A stretch of 64,000 nt of DNA from Candidatus Shapirobacteria bacterium (GCA_041665485.1 JBAYIT010000002.1:197867-261866), one strand, 5' to 3'; shown: positions 47,385 to 57,653, counted from the first letter of the stretch. Made by a program: numbers and translations. The notes: generated by a model not told the origin, from the sequence alone.

Positions 47385-49154
47385 ATGTCACAAATAGATG
47401 CCAAAAGCCATCAAAATGATGAACTTTATAAAATTCGTCACAGCGCCGAACACGTTTTGACTCAAGCCGTCGAAACACTTTATCCCAATCAAACTGTTAG
47501 AGTCATGGGTCCGGCCACCGATGACGGTTTTTACATGGACTTCGAACCTCTCGGCGATCTCAAAATCTCCGATGCTGATTTTCCTAAAATCGAAGCCGAA
47601 ATGGCTAAAATCATCAAAGCCAATTTACCTATAGTTAGGAAAGAAATTAGTCTAGATGAAGCCAAAAAAATCTTTGCCGATAATCCATACAAAATGGACT
47701 GGCTTAATTCCATTACCGATAGGGGAGAAGTGATTAGTGTTTACCATACCGCCGATCAATATTTTGACCTCTGTGCCGGCCCCCACGCCGCCTCTACGGG
47801 TGAAATCAAAGCCTTCAAACTTCTTTCTATTGCCGGCGCTTACTGGCACGGCGACGAGAAAAACAAAATGCTTACTCGTATTTACGCCACCGCCTTTGAA
47901 TCTCAAAAAGAATTAGATTCCTATTTGTTCATGATTGAAGAGGCCAAAAAACGCGATCATCGCAAATTAGGCCCGCAATTAGGCTTATTTTTCCTCGACG
48001 AAACTGCTCCAGGCATGCCCTACTGGCTACCCAAGGGCACAATTATCATCAACGAGTTATTAAGTTTTTGGCGTCAAGAACACGCCAAACGTGGTTATCT
48101 TGAAACTATTACTCCTCTTTTGAACAAAAATTCACTTTACATCACTTCCGGCCACTGGGAGCATTATCGCCAACACATGTTTATCGCCGATATGAAAGAA
48201 GACGGCCTTTACTGTCTTAAACCCATGAATTGTCCCAACGCCATGACTATTTATTCTAAAAGCAAACATAGCTATCGAGAGTTACCCCTCCGTCTCTCCG
48301 ATTGCGACACTCTTCATCGTCACGAAAAATCTGGCGAATTAAATGGCCTTCTTCGTGTTCAAAAGTTTGCCCAAGATGACGCTCATATTTTCGTCACTGA
48401 AAGCCAAATTGCCGACGAATACAAAAGAATACTTGAAATTGCCAACCTCTTTTATTCCATTTTTGGCATTAAATTTAAAATTCGTTTAGGCACTCGACCA
48501 GATGATTTTATGGGTGACATCGAAACCTGGAACAAAGCCGAAAAAGAACTGGAACAAATTTTAGTCGACAACAAGTTCGATTATTTTGTTGGTGAAGGAG
48601 AAGGAGCTTTTTACGGCCCTAAACTCGATATTCTTATGGATGATTGCCTTGGGCGCCAATGGCAAACCGGCACCATCCAACTCGACTTCCAATTACCCCG
48701 TAATTTCGACCTAAAATACACTGACTCTGACGGCACCGAAAAAACTCCAGTTGTCATTCATCGGGTAATTTATGGATCGCTTGAACGTTTCATGGGAATT
48801 TTAATTGAGCAATTTGCCGGGGCGTTTCCTGTCTGGCTTTCTCCACTCCAAGCCAAAATTATTCCCATCACCGATGCTCAACACGAGTATGCCAATAAAG
48901 TTTTGGCCAAATTGATAGGGGAGGGGATTAGAGTCGAAATTGACGACCGTGGTGAAAAAATGCAGGGAAAAATCCGCGATGCCCAATTAGAAAAAATCCC
49001 TTATATGTTAATTATTGGCCAACGCGAAATCGATGCTGGTGCTGTCGCCGTTCGTCAACGCGACGGCCAAGATCTGGGGGCGATAAGTATTGATGACTTT
49101 ATTGCCAAAGTTAAGGACCAAATCACCACCAAGTCTTTAAATTTGATACAATAA
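47385..49154 (+). CDS. thrS: Threonine--tRNA ligase
   Basis: RHSAEH, DLCAGPH, RDHRKLG, KPMNCP, AFYGPKLD. Confidence 0.97.
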   Translation: MSQIDAKSHQNDELYKIRHSAEHVLTQAVETLYPNQTVRVMGPATDDGFYMDFEPLGDLKISDADFPKIEAEMAKIIKANLPIVRKEISLDEAKKIFADNPYKMDWLNSITDRGEVISVYHTADQYFDLCAGPHAASTGEIKAFKLLSIAGAYWHGDEKNKMLTRIYATAFESQKELDSYLFMIEEAKKRDHRKLGPQLGLFFLDETAPGMPYWLPKGTIIINELLSFWRQEHAKRGYLETITPLLNKNSLYITSGHWEHYRQHMFIADMKEDGLYCLKPMNCPNAMTIYSKSKHSYRELPLRLSDCDTLHRHEKSGELNGLLRVQKFAQDDAHIFVTESQIADEYKRILEIANLFYSIFGIKFKIRLGTRPDDFMGDIETWNKAEKELEQILVDNKFDYFVGEGEGAFYGPKLDILMDDCLGRQWQTGTIQLDFQLPRNFDLKYTDSDGTEKTPVVIHRVIYGSLERFMGILIEQFAGAFPVWLSPLQAKIIPITDAQHEYANKVLAKLIGEGIRVEIDDRGEKMQGKIRDAQLEKIPYMLIIGQREIDAGAVAVRQRDGQDLGAISIDDFIAKVKDQITTKSLNLIQ

Positions 49155-49218
49155 TGAAGTCTATCGTCCATAACTTTTTGGACTTTATAACTTTTAACTT
49201 TAAACTTTCAACTAAATA

Positions 49219-49791
49219 GTGGCTACTTACCGTAAAACTAATCACAGCAAAATTTTTTACAAAATTAATCAGTATATCTCTGCTCCCGAAGTTCGTCTGG
49301 TCGACGAAGATGCCAAACAAATCGGTGTTCTTTCTATCGCCGAAGCCCGGGCTAAATCAGCCGAAACCGGCCTTGATCTGGTTGAAATCGCCCCGCTAGC
49401 TAAACCACCGGTTGTCAAACTAATTGAATTTGCCAAATTTAAATATCAAGAATCAAAAAAGCTTAAGGCTGAAAAGAAAGGTGTTCGTGGTGGTGAGCTC
49501 AAAGAAGTTCAAATGACCCCCTTTATTGGCGCTCAAGACTTTATCACCCGCGTCAAACGCTCACGCGAATTTCTAACTACTGGAAATAAAGTTAAATTAA
49601 GTATAAAATTCCAAGGTCGCCAAATCCAGCGTAAGGAGTTTGGCTATCAGTTAGCCGACAGATTCACTCAGGAGCTATCCGATATTTCCGCTCGCGAAGG
49701 CGAGCCACGGCTTATCGGTAAGCAACTAATTCTAACCTTGACTCCTGTCAAGAAAAAAAATGAAAAAAGCAAGCCAGAGACTAAAAATTAG
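49219..49791 (+). CDS. infC: Translation initiation factor IF-3
   Basis: INQYI..EVRLV, LDLVEI..AKPPV. Confidence 0.95.
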   Translation: MATYRKTNHSKIFYKINQYISAPEVRLVDEDAKQIGVLSIAEARAKSAETGLDLVEIAPLAKPPVVKLIEFAKFKYQESKKLKAEKKGVRGGELKEVQMTPFIGAQDFITRVKRSREFLTTGNKVKLSIKFQGRQIQRKEFGYQLADRFTQELSDISAREGEPRLIGKQLILTLTPVKKKNEKSKPETKN

Positions 49792-49969
49792 AAAGTCGGT
49801 TAGTAACCGCTTTGAGGTCACTAAAAACGGCAAAGTTCTTCGCCGGAGTTCTTTCGACCGCCATCTTCGCTCCAAAAAATCAAAAAAACAACTTCGCCGT
49901 CTTAAAGGTAAAAAATTAGTCTTAGGTAAATTTGCCAAAAAAGTTAAACAAATACTTGGCATGGCCTAA
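49760..49969 (+). CDS. rpmI: 50S ribosomal protein L35
   Basis: RF.VTKNGKV..RHL..KKS motif; lies between infC and rplT. Confidence 0.92.
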   Translation: MKKASQRLKIRKSVSNRFEVTKNGKVLRRSSFDRHLRSKKSKKQLRRLKGKKLVLGKFAKKVKQILGMA

Positions 49970-50117
49970 ACCCAAAATTATTTATTAAATTACAATTTCC
50001 AAACTAACAATTTCCAAACAAGTAACAAATAATCAAATAACAATTTCCAATTTGGAATTTGTAAATTTGAAATTTGTTTGGAACTTGTAAATTTGTTCTT
50101 TGGAACTTAAATAAAAT

Positions 50118-50468
50118 ATGCGCGTTAAAACAGGTATCGTCAGACACCGAAAACATAAAAAAATCCTCGAACAGGCCAAGGGTTTTTGGATGACCCGCCA
50201 CAAACGGTTTAAGGTCGCCAAAGAAGCTGTTATGCACTCCGGCCAATACGCCTACGAAGGTCGTCGTATTCGTCGCCGTGACATGCGCCAAATTTGGATT
50301 GTTCGGCTCAATGCTGCTCTTGCCTCCTACAATCTAAAGTACTCAGTCTTTATCGCCAAACTTAAAGAAGTCAAAGTCGAGCTTAATCGAAAAATGTTGG
50401 CCGATATTTCCGTCACTGACCCAGCTACCTTCAAATCAATTATCAACACTCTTTTTCCTACTAAGTAG
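50118..50468 (+). CDS. rplT: 50S ribosomal protein L20
   Basis: MRVKTG..AKGF..WIVRLNAA..LNRKMLAD. Confidence 0.96.
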   Translation: MRVKTGIVRHRKHKKILEQAKGFWMTRHKRFKVAKEAVMHSGQYAYEGRRIRRRDMRQIWIVRLNAALASYNLKYSVFIAKLKEVKVELNRKMLADISVTDPATFKSIINTLFPTK

Positions 50469-50515
50469 GAAACATCTTCTTGACTTCACTATTTATCCGC
50501 TTTAACATACCCCCA

Positions 50516-50628
50516 ATGACCAAAGCAGTCTCTTTATCTTTTGCTTTCTTTTTCTTTACCGGCCCTCGCGGGAGAATTGCTTAGTCATTACAAGAAATCA
50601 CTAAGACCTCCCGCAAGGGAGGTTTTTT
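50516..50628 (+). promoter_or_regulatory. Phe-rich leader peptide (50516-50584) and attenuator upstream of tRNA-Phe and pheST
   Basis: Peptide MTKAVSLSFAFFFFTGPRGRIA; terminator ACCTCCC-GCAA-GGGAGGT-T5; antiterminator GCGGGAG at 50568-50574; TTGACT-N17-TAACAT upstream. Confidence 0.85.
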
Positions 50629-50632
50629 GTTG

Positions 50633-50708
50633 GCCGGAGTAGCCAAGTTGGTCACGGCACTGGTCTGAAAAACCTGGGATGTTGGTTCGATTCCAACCTC
50701 CGGCACCA
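50633..50708 (+). tRNA. tRNA-Phe(GAA) copy 2, CCA encoded
   Basis: Cloverleaf; anticodon loop CTGAAAA. Confidence 0.92.
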
Positions 50709-50737
50709 ACCTTAAAATAAGTTAAAATATATAAAAT

Positions 50738-51724
50738 ATGGATCTAAATACAATTAAAATCGAAGTCAACGATTGTCAAAATCAATCTGACCTTGAGGCT
50801 GTTCGAATTAAATATCTCGGCCGCCAAGGCCTAATTAACCAAGAATTCTCCAAAATCAAAACTGCTACAGATCCAAAAAAATTTGGTCTAGAATTGAACA
50901 AACTAAAAAACAACGTTGAAGGAATAATTAAAAATAAATTATCAACCATAAGGACATTGCCCACAAAGTATCTACCTGAAAAAAGGGAAAAAAATATTAT
51001 TTCTCTTCCAAAAATAGGTCATTTGCACCCCATCACCCAAACCGAACGTGAACTAAACGAAGTTTTCCGTAAGTTAGGCTTTTCTATTTACGGTGGACCA
51101 GAGCTGGTTACTGACGAATATAATTTCAGACGCCTTAATGTTCCTGTCAATCATCCTGCCCGCGACATGCAAGACACCATTTACATTAAAGAACCCGAAC
51201 TGCTTCTACAAACTCAGGGTTCAGCTATTGAATCACAATTATTAGCCAGTCATAAACCCCCCATTCGTTGTGCTTTCCCTTGTAAAGTTTTTCGTAACGA
51301 AAAAGTTACCAAAAGCAATCACTTCGTTTTTCATCATTATCAGGCTGTCGTCGTTGATAAAGGTATTACCATGAAAGATTTAATCGGCACTATGGATCTA
51401 ATGTTTAAAACCATCTATGGACCCAACGTCATCGTCCGTTATCGTTGTAAATATTATCCAGAAATTGAACCCGGTGTCGGCCCCGACATGCAATGCTTTA
51501 ATTGTAAGGGCACCGGTTGCGCTCTCTGCAAGTACGCTGGTTGGATCGAAATGGGTGGCTCGGGTATGATTCACCCTAAAGTTCTGGAAATGGCTGGTAT
51601 CGACCACCATGTTTACTCTGGTTTCGCCTTTGGCATGGGTCTTGATCGTTGGACTATGGCTCAAAAAAATATTAAAGATATTCGCACCCTTATGGGTGGA
51701 AATCTCGCTTACAAACCCAACTAA
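50738..51724 (+). CDS. pheS: Phenylalanine--tRNA ligase alpha subunit
   Basis: GHLHPI, HPARDMQDT, GFAFGMGLDR. Confidence 0.96.
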   Translation: MDLNTIKIEVNDCQNQSDLEAVRIKYLGRQGLINQEFSKIKTATDPKKFGLELNKLKNNVEGIIKNKLSTIRTLPTKYLPEKREKNIISLPKIGHLHPITQTERELNEVFRKLGFSIYGGPELVTDEYNFRRLNVPVNHPARDMQDTIYIKEPELLLQTQGSAIESQLLASHKPPIRCAFPCKVFRNEKVTKSNHFVFHHYQAVVVDKGITMKDLIGTMDLMFKTIYGPNVIVRYRCKYYPEIEPGVGPDMQCFNCKGTGCALCKYAGWIEMGGSGMIHPKVLEMAGIDHHVYSGFAFGMGLDRWTMAQKNIKDIRTLMGGNLAYKPN

Positions 51725-51726
51725 TT

Positions 51727-54243
51727 ATGAAATTAATCTATTCCTATCTCCAAAAATTTCTTCCTGACTTAAATGTCGAACCTCAAAAGCTTCGTGATGA
51801 TCTGACCATGATTGGCCATTTCACCAATTTTTATGAAAAAATTGATAATGAAATTGTTTTTGATTTAGATATTAAAATTAATCGCGGCGATTGCCTTGGC
51901 TATTATGGCTTAGCCAACGATCTTTCTGTTCTTTACAATATTCCACTGGTTTTACCCCAAAATTTTTCTTATCCTGCATCTAATTGTTCCCTACCAATTC
52001 AAGTTACTACTGACAATGTCACCCGTATCATGGCGGTTAAAATTGTCCACCTAAAAAACTCAACTTCACCTCAATGGTTGCAAACTTTTTTAAAATTACA
52101 TGGAGTTAATTCAATTAATACATTAGTTGATCTAACCAACTATGTCATGTTCATGTATAGTATACCAAATCATGCCTTCGATACCGCTAAATCTAATGAT
52201 AATCTTATTTGGGAAATGAATTCTAAATATTCAGAATTTACTAGTCTTGATGGTACTGTTTTAAAACTTGACCCCAGTATTTTAATGATCAATAATCCCC
52301 AACGGCCTTTGAGTCTTAGTTTCTGGGGAGGAGAAGATTGTGCTATCGACAATCAAACCACCAGTACTATTATTGAAATGGCTATCTACAAGCCCACCAC
52401 TGTTCGTCAAAACAGTCGTGGCTTAAAAAGTGTTACCGAAGCTTCAATTCGTCTTGAAAAACAATTGGACCCCGATTTAATTCCTACTGCTCTTGACCAT
52501 TTAGTTAAATTAATTAATGAAAATTGTGGTGGCCAAATTACTTCGCAAGTTTTTGATTATTACCCCAATCCCATCACTCCGCCAACCATTGAATTTAATT
52601 TAGATTTACCATCAATCATGTCTGGCATCAACATACCTCAGGATGTCTCTCTGGACATATTAAAACGTCTTGGTTGCACTATTAGAGGTAAGTTCATTAC
52701 TCCTCCTAGTCTCCGTCTAGACATTACCCAAGAAGAGGATTTAGTTGAAGAAGTTGTTCGATTCTATGGCTACAACAAAATTCCCATAAATGAACCACTA
52801 ACTCTTAAACAACTTCCAGATATTACCCCCAAAGAAATTTACCAAATTGAGGAACTTAAGGATAAACTAGTTGCATTAGGTTATGATGAAATTTTATCTT
52901 GGCCAATTATTTCAAAACCATCTAACCCTAAAACTGTCGTTACCACTCAAAACAGCATCAACTCTGAATCCATTTATCTTCGTCAAAGTATGACCCAATC
53001 CCTTCGTGGTCAACTGGATCAATATACCCGCTACAATCTTCCCCGTCCCCAATTTTTTGAAATTGGTGAAGTTTTTTCCAAAGAGGGAGACAAAATTACC
53101 GAACAAACTTCTCTCGCTCTATACAATCAGGATTCCGATCAGTTGCATACCGACACTTTACGATGCCTTTCTTCTGAAAATTGGCTCTTTCAAGATAACT
53201 TCGCCGAAATAATCCTCGACAATCTCCCCAAACCCGAAAGCTATATCCCCCAAACCATCAACAATGAGGCCATCGAGCTTACCTCCCAAATCATTACTCT
53301 CGACGCCAATATCACTCTTCCCCAAAAACGCGATCATCAAGAATTGATCCGCGAATATCGGTCTAAAATCAGTGAAAATATTTTATGGTCGATGGACATC
53401 GTCGATATCTTTAATAACAAATACACCTTCCGTGTTTCCTACTACAACTGCACCGACAAACTGGCCAAATCCACCCACCTTTCCGCCTTTGGACTACTCG
53501 ACCAGACCAAAACAACCACCATCGCCATTGACCCCAACACTGAAACTAAACTTCTCTATTACGATGATATGTACCAAACCACCGCTAAAGCCCAAATTAT
53601 TGATATTAGAAAGGTTAATAATCAGAATTATTTGATACTAGACCAAACCGTTTTCTTCCCCGAAGGCGGTGGTCAGCCCGGCGACCAGGGCACGATTTCC
53701 AACTCTTCAAATAACCTAAAAATTAAAGTTATTTTATACAAGGATGGTCAGATCTTACATGCCACCAGCAACAACACCCTTTCGATTGGTGATCAAATTG
53801 ATCTAAAGATAGATTGGAATCGGCGATACAAATACATGAAAATTCATTCCGCCGGACACCTGCTCCATGAGATTTTAATGGAAGTTGATTCTACTCTTGT
53901 CCCTCTTAAGGGCTACCATCACGACGAATCATATTTAATCTACTCTGGATATATTGATCCTAAATCCATTTCTCAAATTGAATCTAAATTATCAACCGCC
54001 ATTACGGCCGATTTACCAATCATTTGCGACTATACCGATTTAGAAACGCTAAAAAAAGATGCCAGATCGGTCCCCCAAAATCTCCCCCTTCACAAAAAAC
54101 TCCGCCGTCTTAAAATCGGCAACTTTCCCAGTATGGCTGACGGCGGTGTCCAAGTCAAATCAACCGAAGAAATCGGCCAAGTTAAAATTACCGCCATTGA
54201 AAATACTCAAAATCAGTGTAAAATATCCTACCAAGTACTATGA
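51727..54243 (+). CDS. pheT: Phenylalanine--tRNA ligase beta subunit with fused C-terminal AlaX-like editing domain
   Basis: NRGDCLG, VDLTNYV, RLDI..EEDLVEEV motifs, then FFPEGGGQPGD and HSAGH in the last ~235 aa. Confidence 0.9.
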   Translation: MKLIYSYLQKFLPDLNVEPQKLRDDLTMIGHFTNFYEKIDNEIVFDLDIKINRGDCLGYYGLANDLSVLYNIPLVLPQNFSYPASNCSLPIQVTTDNVTRIMAVKIVHLKNSTSPQWLQTFLKLHGVNSINTLVDLTNYVMFMYSIPNHAFDTAKSNDNLIWEMNSKYSEFTSLDGTVLKLDPSILMINNPQRPLSLSFWGGEDCAIDNQTTSTIIEMAIYKPTTVRQNSRGLKSVTEASIRLEKQLDPDLIPTALDHLVKLINENCGGQITSQVFDYYPNPITPPTIEFNLDLPSIMSGINIPQDVSLDILKRLGCTIRGKFITPPSLRLDITQEEDLVEEVVRFYGYNKIPINEPLTLKQLPDITPKEIYQIEELKDKLVALGYDEILSWPIISKPSNPKTVVTTQNSINSESIYLRQSMTQSLRGQLDQYTRYNLPRPQFFEIGEVFSKEGDKITEQTSLALYNQDSDQLHTDTLRCLSSENWLFQDNFAEIILDNLPKPESYIPQTINNEAIELTSQIITLDANITLPQKRDHQELIREYRSKISENILWSMDIVDIFNNKYTFRVSYYNCTDKLAKSTHLSAFGLLDQTKTTTIAIDPNTETKLLYYDDMYQTTAKAQIIDIRKVNNQNYLILDQTVFFPEGGGQPGDQGTISNSSNNLKIKVILYKDGQILHATSNNTLSIGDQIDLKIDWNRRYKYMKIHSAGHLLHEILMEVDSTLVPLKGYHHDESYLIYSGYIDPKSISQIESKLSTAITADLPIICDYTDLETLKKDARSVPQNLPLHKKLRRLKIGNFPSMADGGVQVKSTEEIGQVKITAIENTQNQCKISYQVL

Positions 54244-54329
54244 AAGTCATTATCCGTTCTATTTTGTTTTTCCCCAAAGCCCTCAAGTGGGAGACTTTAA
54301 CTTAACCTCAAACATCCAATGATCAAGTT

Positions 54330-54355
54330 AAAAGCTCCCAAATGGGAGCTTTTTT
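54330..54355 (+). terminator. Intrinsic terminator after pheT
   Basis: AAAAGCTCCC-AAAT-GGGAGCTTTTTT. Confidence 0.8.
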
Positions 54356-54435
54356 ATTATCTCTACTTTCTGTTCTTTCCCCGAAAGGGGATAACATGAA
54401 AGTATTTTTAACTTTTTTATATATTAATTTTAATT

Positions 54436-54672
54436 ATGTCTCAAACATTAAAACTTGAAACTTGCAGTGGCGCCTGTGTCAACTGCAATGTCTTGGGCAT
54501 TGCCCAACGGCGAATTGGTAATCGCCAAATTACCGATGAAACCAATATGATTGCAGTTGCCCGACAACTCCAATTAGAACGTTGTCCTGAAGGTCAGGAG
54601 ATGAAGATTGGCTTACTAAATCCCGCCAATCTTTCCAGACAAAATCTTGCTGACCTACCCACTTGGTTCTAA
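54436..54672 (+). CDS. Small Cys-containing hypothetical protein
   Basis: 78-aa ORF (CSGACVNC..C) followed by a UUCG hairpin at 54685-54706. Confidence 0.5.
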   Translation: MSQTLKLETCSGACVNCNVLGIAQRRIGNRQITDETNMIAVARQLQLERCPEGQEMKIGLLNPANLSRQNLADLPTWF

Positions 54673-54706
54673 TAGGTAAAGCTTCACCCCGGCTTCGGCC
54701 GGGGTG

Positions 54707-54733
54707 TTAGCACTCTCCCACCTCGACTGCTAA
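54707..54733. promoter_or_regulatory. CIRCE-like (HrcA operator) inverted repeat
   Basis: TTAGCACTC-N9-GACTGCTAA, one mismatch to the consensus TTAGCACTC-N9-GAGTGCTAA. Confidence 0.7.
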
Positions 54734-54927
54734 CAACTACCTCAAACTCAATCTTTCCTATACATCGGCACTTTCTATATCATAATATATAGATATATAT
54801 TGTTCCCCCTCCTTGTCAAAGGAGGGGGTTAGGGGGAAGATTGGACATCACCCCCGTCTTGCCTGCCCGGCCGGCAGACGGGTTAAAGAAGGGGGTAGGG
54901 GGAAGATTGAAAATCAGGGTGAGGGGT

Positions 54928-57543
54928 TTAGGGAAGAGTCGAACCCGTTCCCGTTGGGCTCACCGCCGGCACTGCTGTCGGCGCCACTGTCACCGTCGGC
55001 ACCGGGGTATTAGTTGGTAGGGGGGTTGGGGTAGGAGTAGGGGAGGGCGTCCAATCCCAAGGCTTATTGACGCCAATCTTTATCTCTCTTTCCGCCGTAT
55101 TTCCATCTTTATCAGTTATCTTTGCCTTAAGGGTATACAAACTATCATCCAATTTTAAGCTAACCTCAAATGGTCTTTCTGTCCACGTCTTTTTCTCTTC
55201 GCCATTGACCCACAGTTTAGCCTCAACCACCTTTGTTAAAGAGCTAGTTCCAAGCCTTATTGTCACATCGTTACCCACCGTTGATTTATCCGATGGCGCA
55301 TCAAAATTAACCACCAGCCTCCCATCCTGTCGGCAATAACTCTCCGGCGGCTGATATTTTCCCTTATCACTTTGTTGATTAATCCAAGCGTCGATTCCCT
55401 CCTGCCAGCGATTTTTACCATCAGTCGACACTTTGTCATCTTCCCTAAATCGGAAATATTCTTTTTCTTCATAATTGCCATTGGCCACATCTTCCGGTGG
55501 CGCTAACCCTGACTGTCCCCGGCAAATTTTTAATTTAAGGTGAATTGGATCGGATGTCTTTGGTTGCGTCCCTTCAATAAAATAACTCCCTCGAGCAGCA
55601 AATCCGTCATGAGCCACAAACCCGGAAACCCGGTCAACTTCCATGTTAACAATACTGGCGGGAATGGGAAAATCCTGTTTTGGTCGTCTGGGTAGCACGC
55701 TCTGTGTTATTCGTTTCCAAATCGGGCTGGCTCCGCTTACTCCGGAGGCAACCTTCAGCATCGGGCTATTATCATTATTGCCCACCCAAGTCGCCACCAA
55801 CAAATTCGGCGTCCAGCCAATACACCAATTATCCCTTTTATCATTCGTCGTTCCTGTTTTCACTGCCACTTGATAGTTAGGAATTATCAGTCCGTTAACC
55901 GCCCCGAAAGTTATTTCTCTCATGGCGTTATCAGTCAGAATATTAGAAATTATAAATACTTCCTGCGGGCTGGCCACCTGTTTTCCCGGCACTGATTTAA
56001 ACTCTTCCAAAACCTTACCATTTCTATCCTCAACTTTTAGTATCCCCACCGCTTCCACCTTCCTCCCTCCATTAGCAAAGGCCGAGTAAGCCGCCGCCAA
56101 GTCAATCATTTTTACTTCCGCCCCTCCCAAGGTCACCGCCAAACCAAACCTCTTCAGATTTTCCGGAGTCGGTTCCAAAGTCGACAAACCCATATCCGAT
56201 GCCTGTTGCAACATACTTGTCAAGCCAACATTGGCCAGCATCTTTACCGCCACCGTATTAATCGAATTCCCTAGTGCCTCCCCCAAACTCATTGGACCGT
56301 TAAATTTACCGCTGTAATTTTGCGGGCTATAATCTTTTTGCCCTCCGCTTCCCGGAAAAGTAACTGGTGTATCCATCACCAGGCTACTGGCTGTCCACCC
56401 CCGCCTAATTGCCGTCAAATAAGTCACCGGTTTAATAGCACTTCCCGGTTGCCTTAATCCCTGAGTCACCACATTAAAATTACCATCAGTTTTATCGGAA
56501 AAATAATCCCGCGACCCCACCATCGCTAATACTTCTCCCGTCGTTGGGTCCAAAACCAAAGCTGCCCCATTACTAATTCCCTTACTCTCTGCTTTATCTA
56601 TTTCTTCACCCACTATTTTCTCTGCCTCCTGTTGCATTTCCAAATCTAATGTCGTTGTTACTCGTAAGCCCCCGCCATCCACCATTTCCGCTCCATAGGT
56701 TTTTTCCAGTAAATCCTTCACCCAGAAAACAAAATGGGGTGCCGTTATAATAGTCTTGTTTTGGCGAAAATTATAATTTTTTACTTCCTCCATCGTTTTT
56801 GTTTTTTCTTCCAAAGTTATGTTTCCCATTGCCACCATCCTATCCAACACGTGATCAGTTCGATCAACATAAGCCTTGGGGGTTTTTGAAAATGGCGAAT
56901 AAACATTTGGTCTTTGGGGTAAACCAGCCAAAATCGCCGCTTCCGCCAAAGTTAGGTCTTTGGGACTTTTACCAAAATAATGCTCACAAGCCGTTCCCAC
57001 CCCCCAATCGGCCCCCCCATAAGGAGCTTCGTTTAAATACATTAAAAGTATCTCATCCTTTTTGTATCTAGCCTCAATTTGAACCGCCAAAATAAACTCT
57101 CGAATTTTCCTTGTCACACTCCGCTCCGATGTTAGTAAAACATTTTTGACCAATTGTTGGGTTAAAGTCGAGCCGCCGATTAGCCGGTGATAAACCACCA
57201 CATTTTTTATAATTCGAAGCGGTGTTAGCGGATCAAAACCTTGATGATTATAAAAATCTTTATCTTCCACCGCCACCGTCGCCTTCTTTAAATTATCAGA
57301 AACTTCTTCCCAAGTTACCGGATTTCTTTTCTCATCCTTATAAACATCGTAAAGCAATTTACCATTCCTGTCAAAAATTCTTGAAGCAAAGCCATCTCTT
57401 CTTACTACTTTTGTTGGCGTTGGCAAATCTTTTGAATACCAGGCAAACACCACTATTATTCCAATATATCCCACCACCATCGCCACCAAAAAACCGGTCA
57501 TTAATCGCAACCAAAACCTTTTACTTTTTAGTTTCTCTCTCAC
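54928..57543 (-). CDS. Class A penicillin-binding protein (transglycosylase/transpeptidase)
   Basis: EDKDFY.H.G, GGSTLTQQLVKN, QPGSAIK, SIN, KTGT. Confidence 0.95.
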   Translation of the reverse strand: MREKLKSKRFWLRLMTGFLVAMVVGYIGIIVVFAWYSKDLPTPTKVVRRDGFASRIFDRNGKLLYDVYKDEKRNPVTWEEVSDNLKKATVAVEDKDFYNHQGFDPLTPLRIIKNVVVYHRLIGGSTLTQQLVKNVLLTSERSVTRKIREFILAVQIEARYKKDEILLMYLNEAPYGGADWGVGTACEHYFGKSPKDLTLAEAAILAGLPQRPNVYSPFSKTPKAYVDRTDHVLDRMVAMGNITLEEKTKTMEEVKNYNFRQNKTIITAPHFVFWVKDLLEKTYGAEMVDGGGLRVTTTLDLEMQQEAEKIVGEEIDKAESKGISNGAALVLDPTTGEVLAMVGSRDYFSDKTDGNFNVVTQGLRQPGSAIKPVTYLTAIRRGWTASSLVMDTPVTFPGSGGQKDYSPQNYSGKFNGPMSLGEALGNSINTVAVKMLANVGLTSMLQQASDMGLSTLEPTPENLKRFGLAVTLGGAEVKMIDLAAAYSAFANGGRKVEAVGILKVEDRNGKVLEEFKSVPGKQVASPQEVFIISNILTDNAMREITFGAVNGLIIPNYQVAVKTGTTNDKRDNWCIGWTPNLLVATWVGNNDNSPMLKVASGVSGASPIWKRITQSVLPRRPKQDFPIPASIVNMEVDRVSGFVAHDGFAARGSYFIEGTQPKTSDPIHLKLKICRGQSGLAPPEDVANGNYEEKEYFRFREDDKVSTDGKNRWQEGIDAWINQQSDKGKYQPPESYCRQDGRLVVNFDAPSDKSTVGNDVTIRLGTSSLTKVVEAKLWVNGEEKKTWTERPFEVSLKLDDSLYTLKAKITDKDGNTAEREIKIGVNKPWDWTPSPTPTPTPLPTNTPVPTVTVAPTAVPAVSPTGTGSTLP

Positions 57544-57653
57544 TTCGCCAGCAAAACACTAAAGGTTGGCACCAAACCCGACAGAAGCAACACCAACATC
57601 GTTATAATTAAAACTAGCTTTTTAAGTTGTTTGCGTTTAACACTCATATATAG

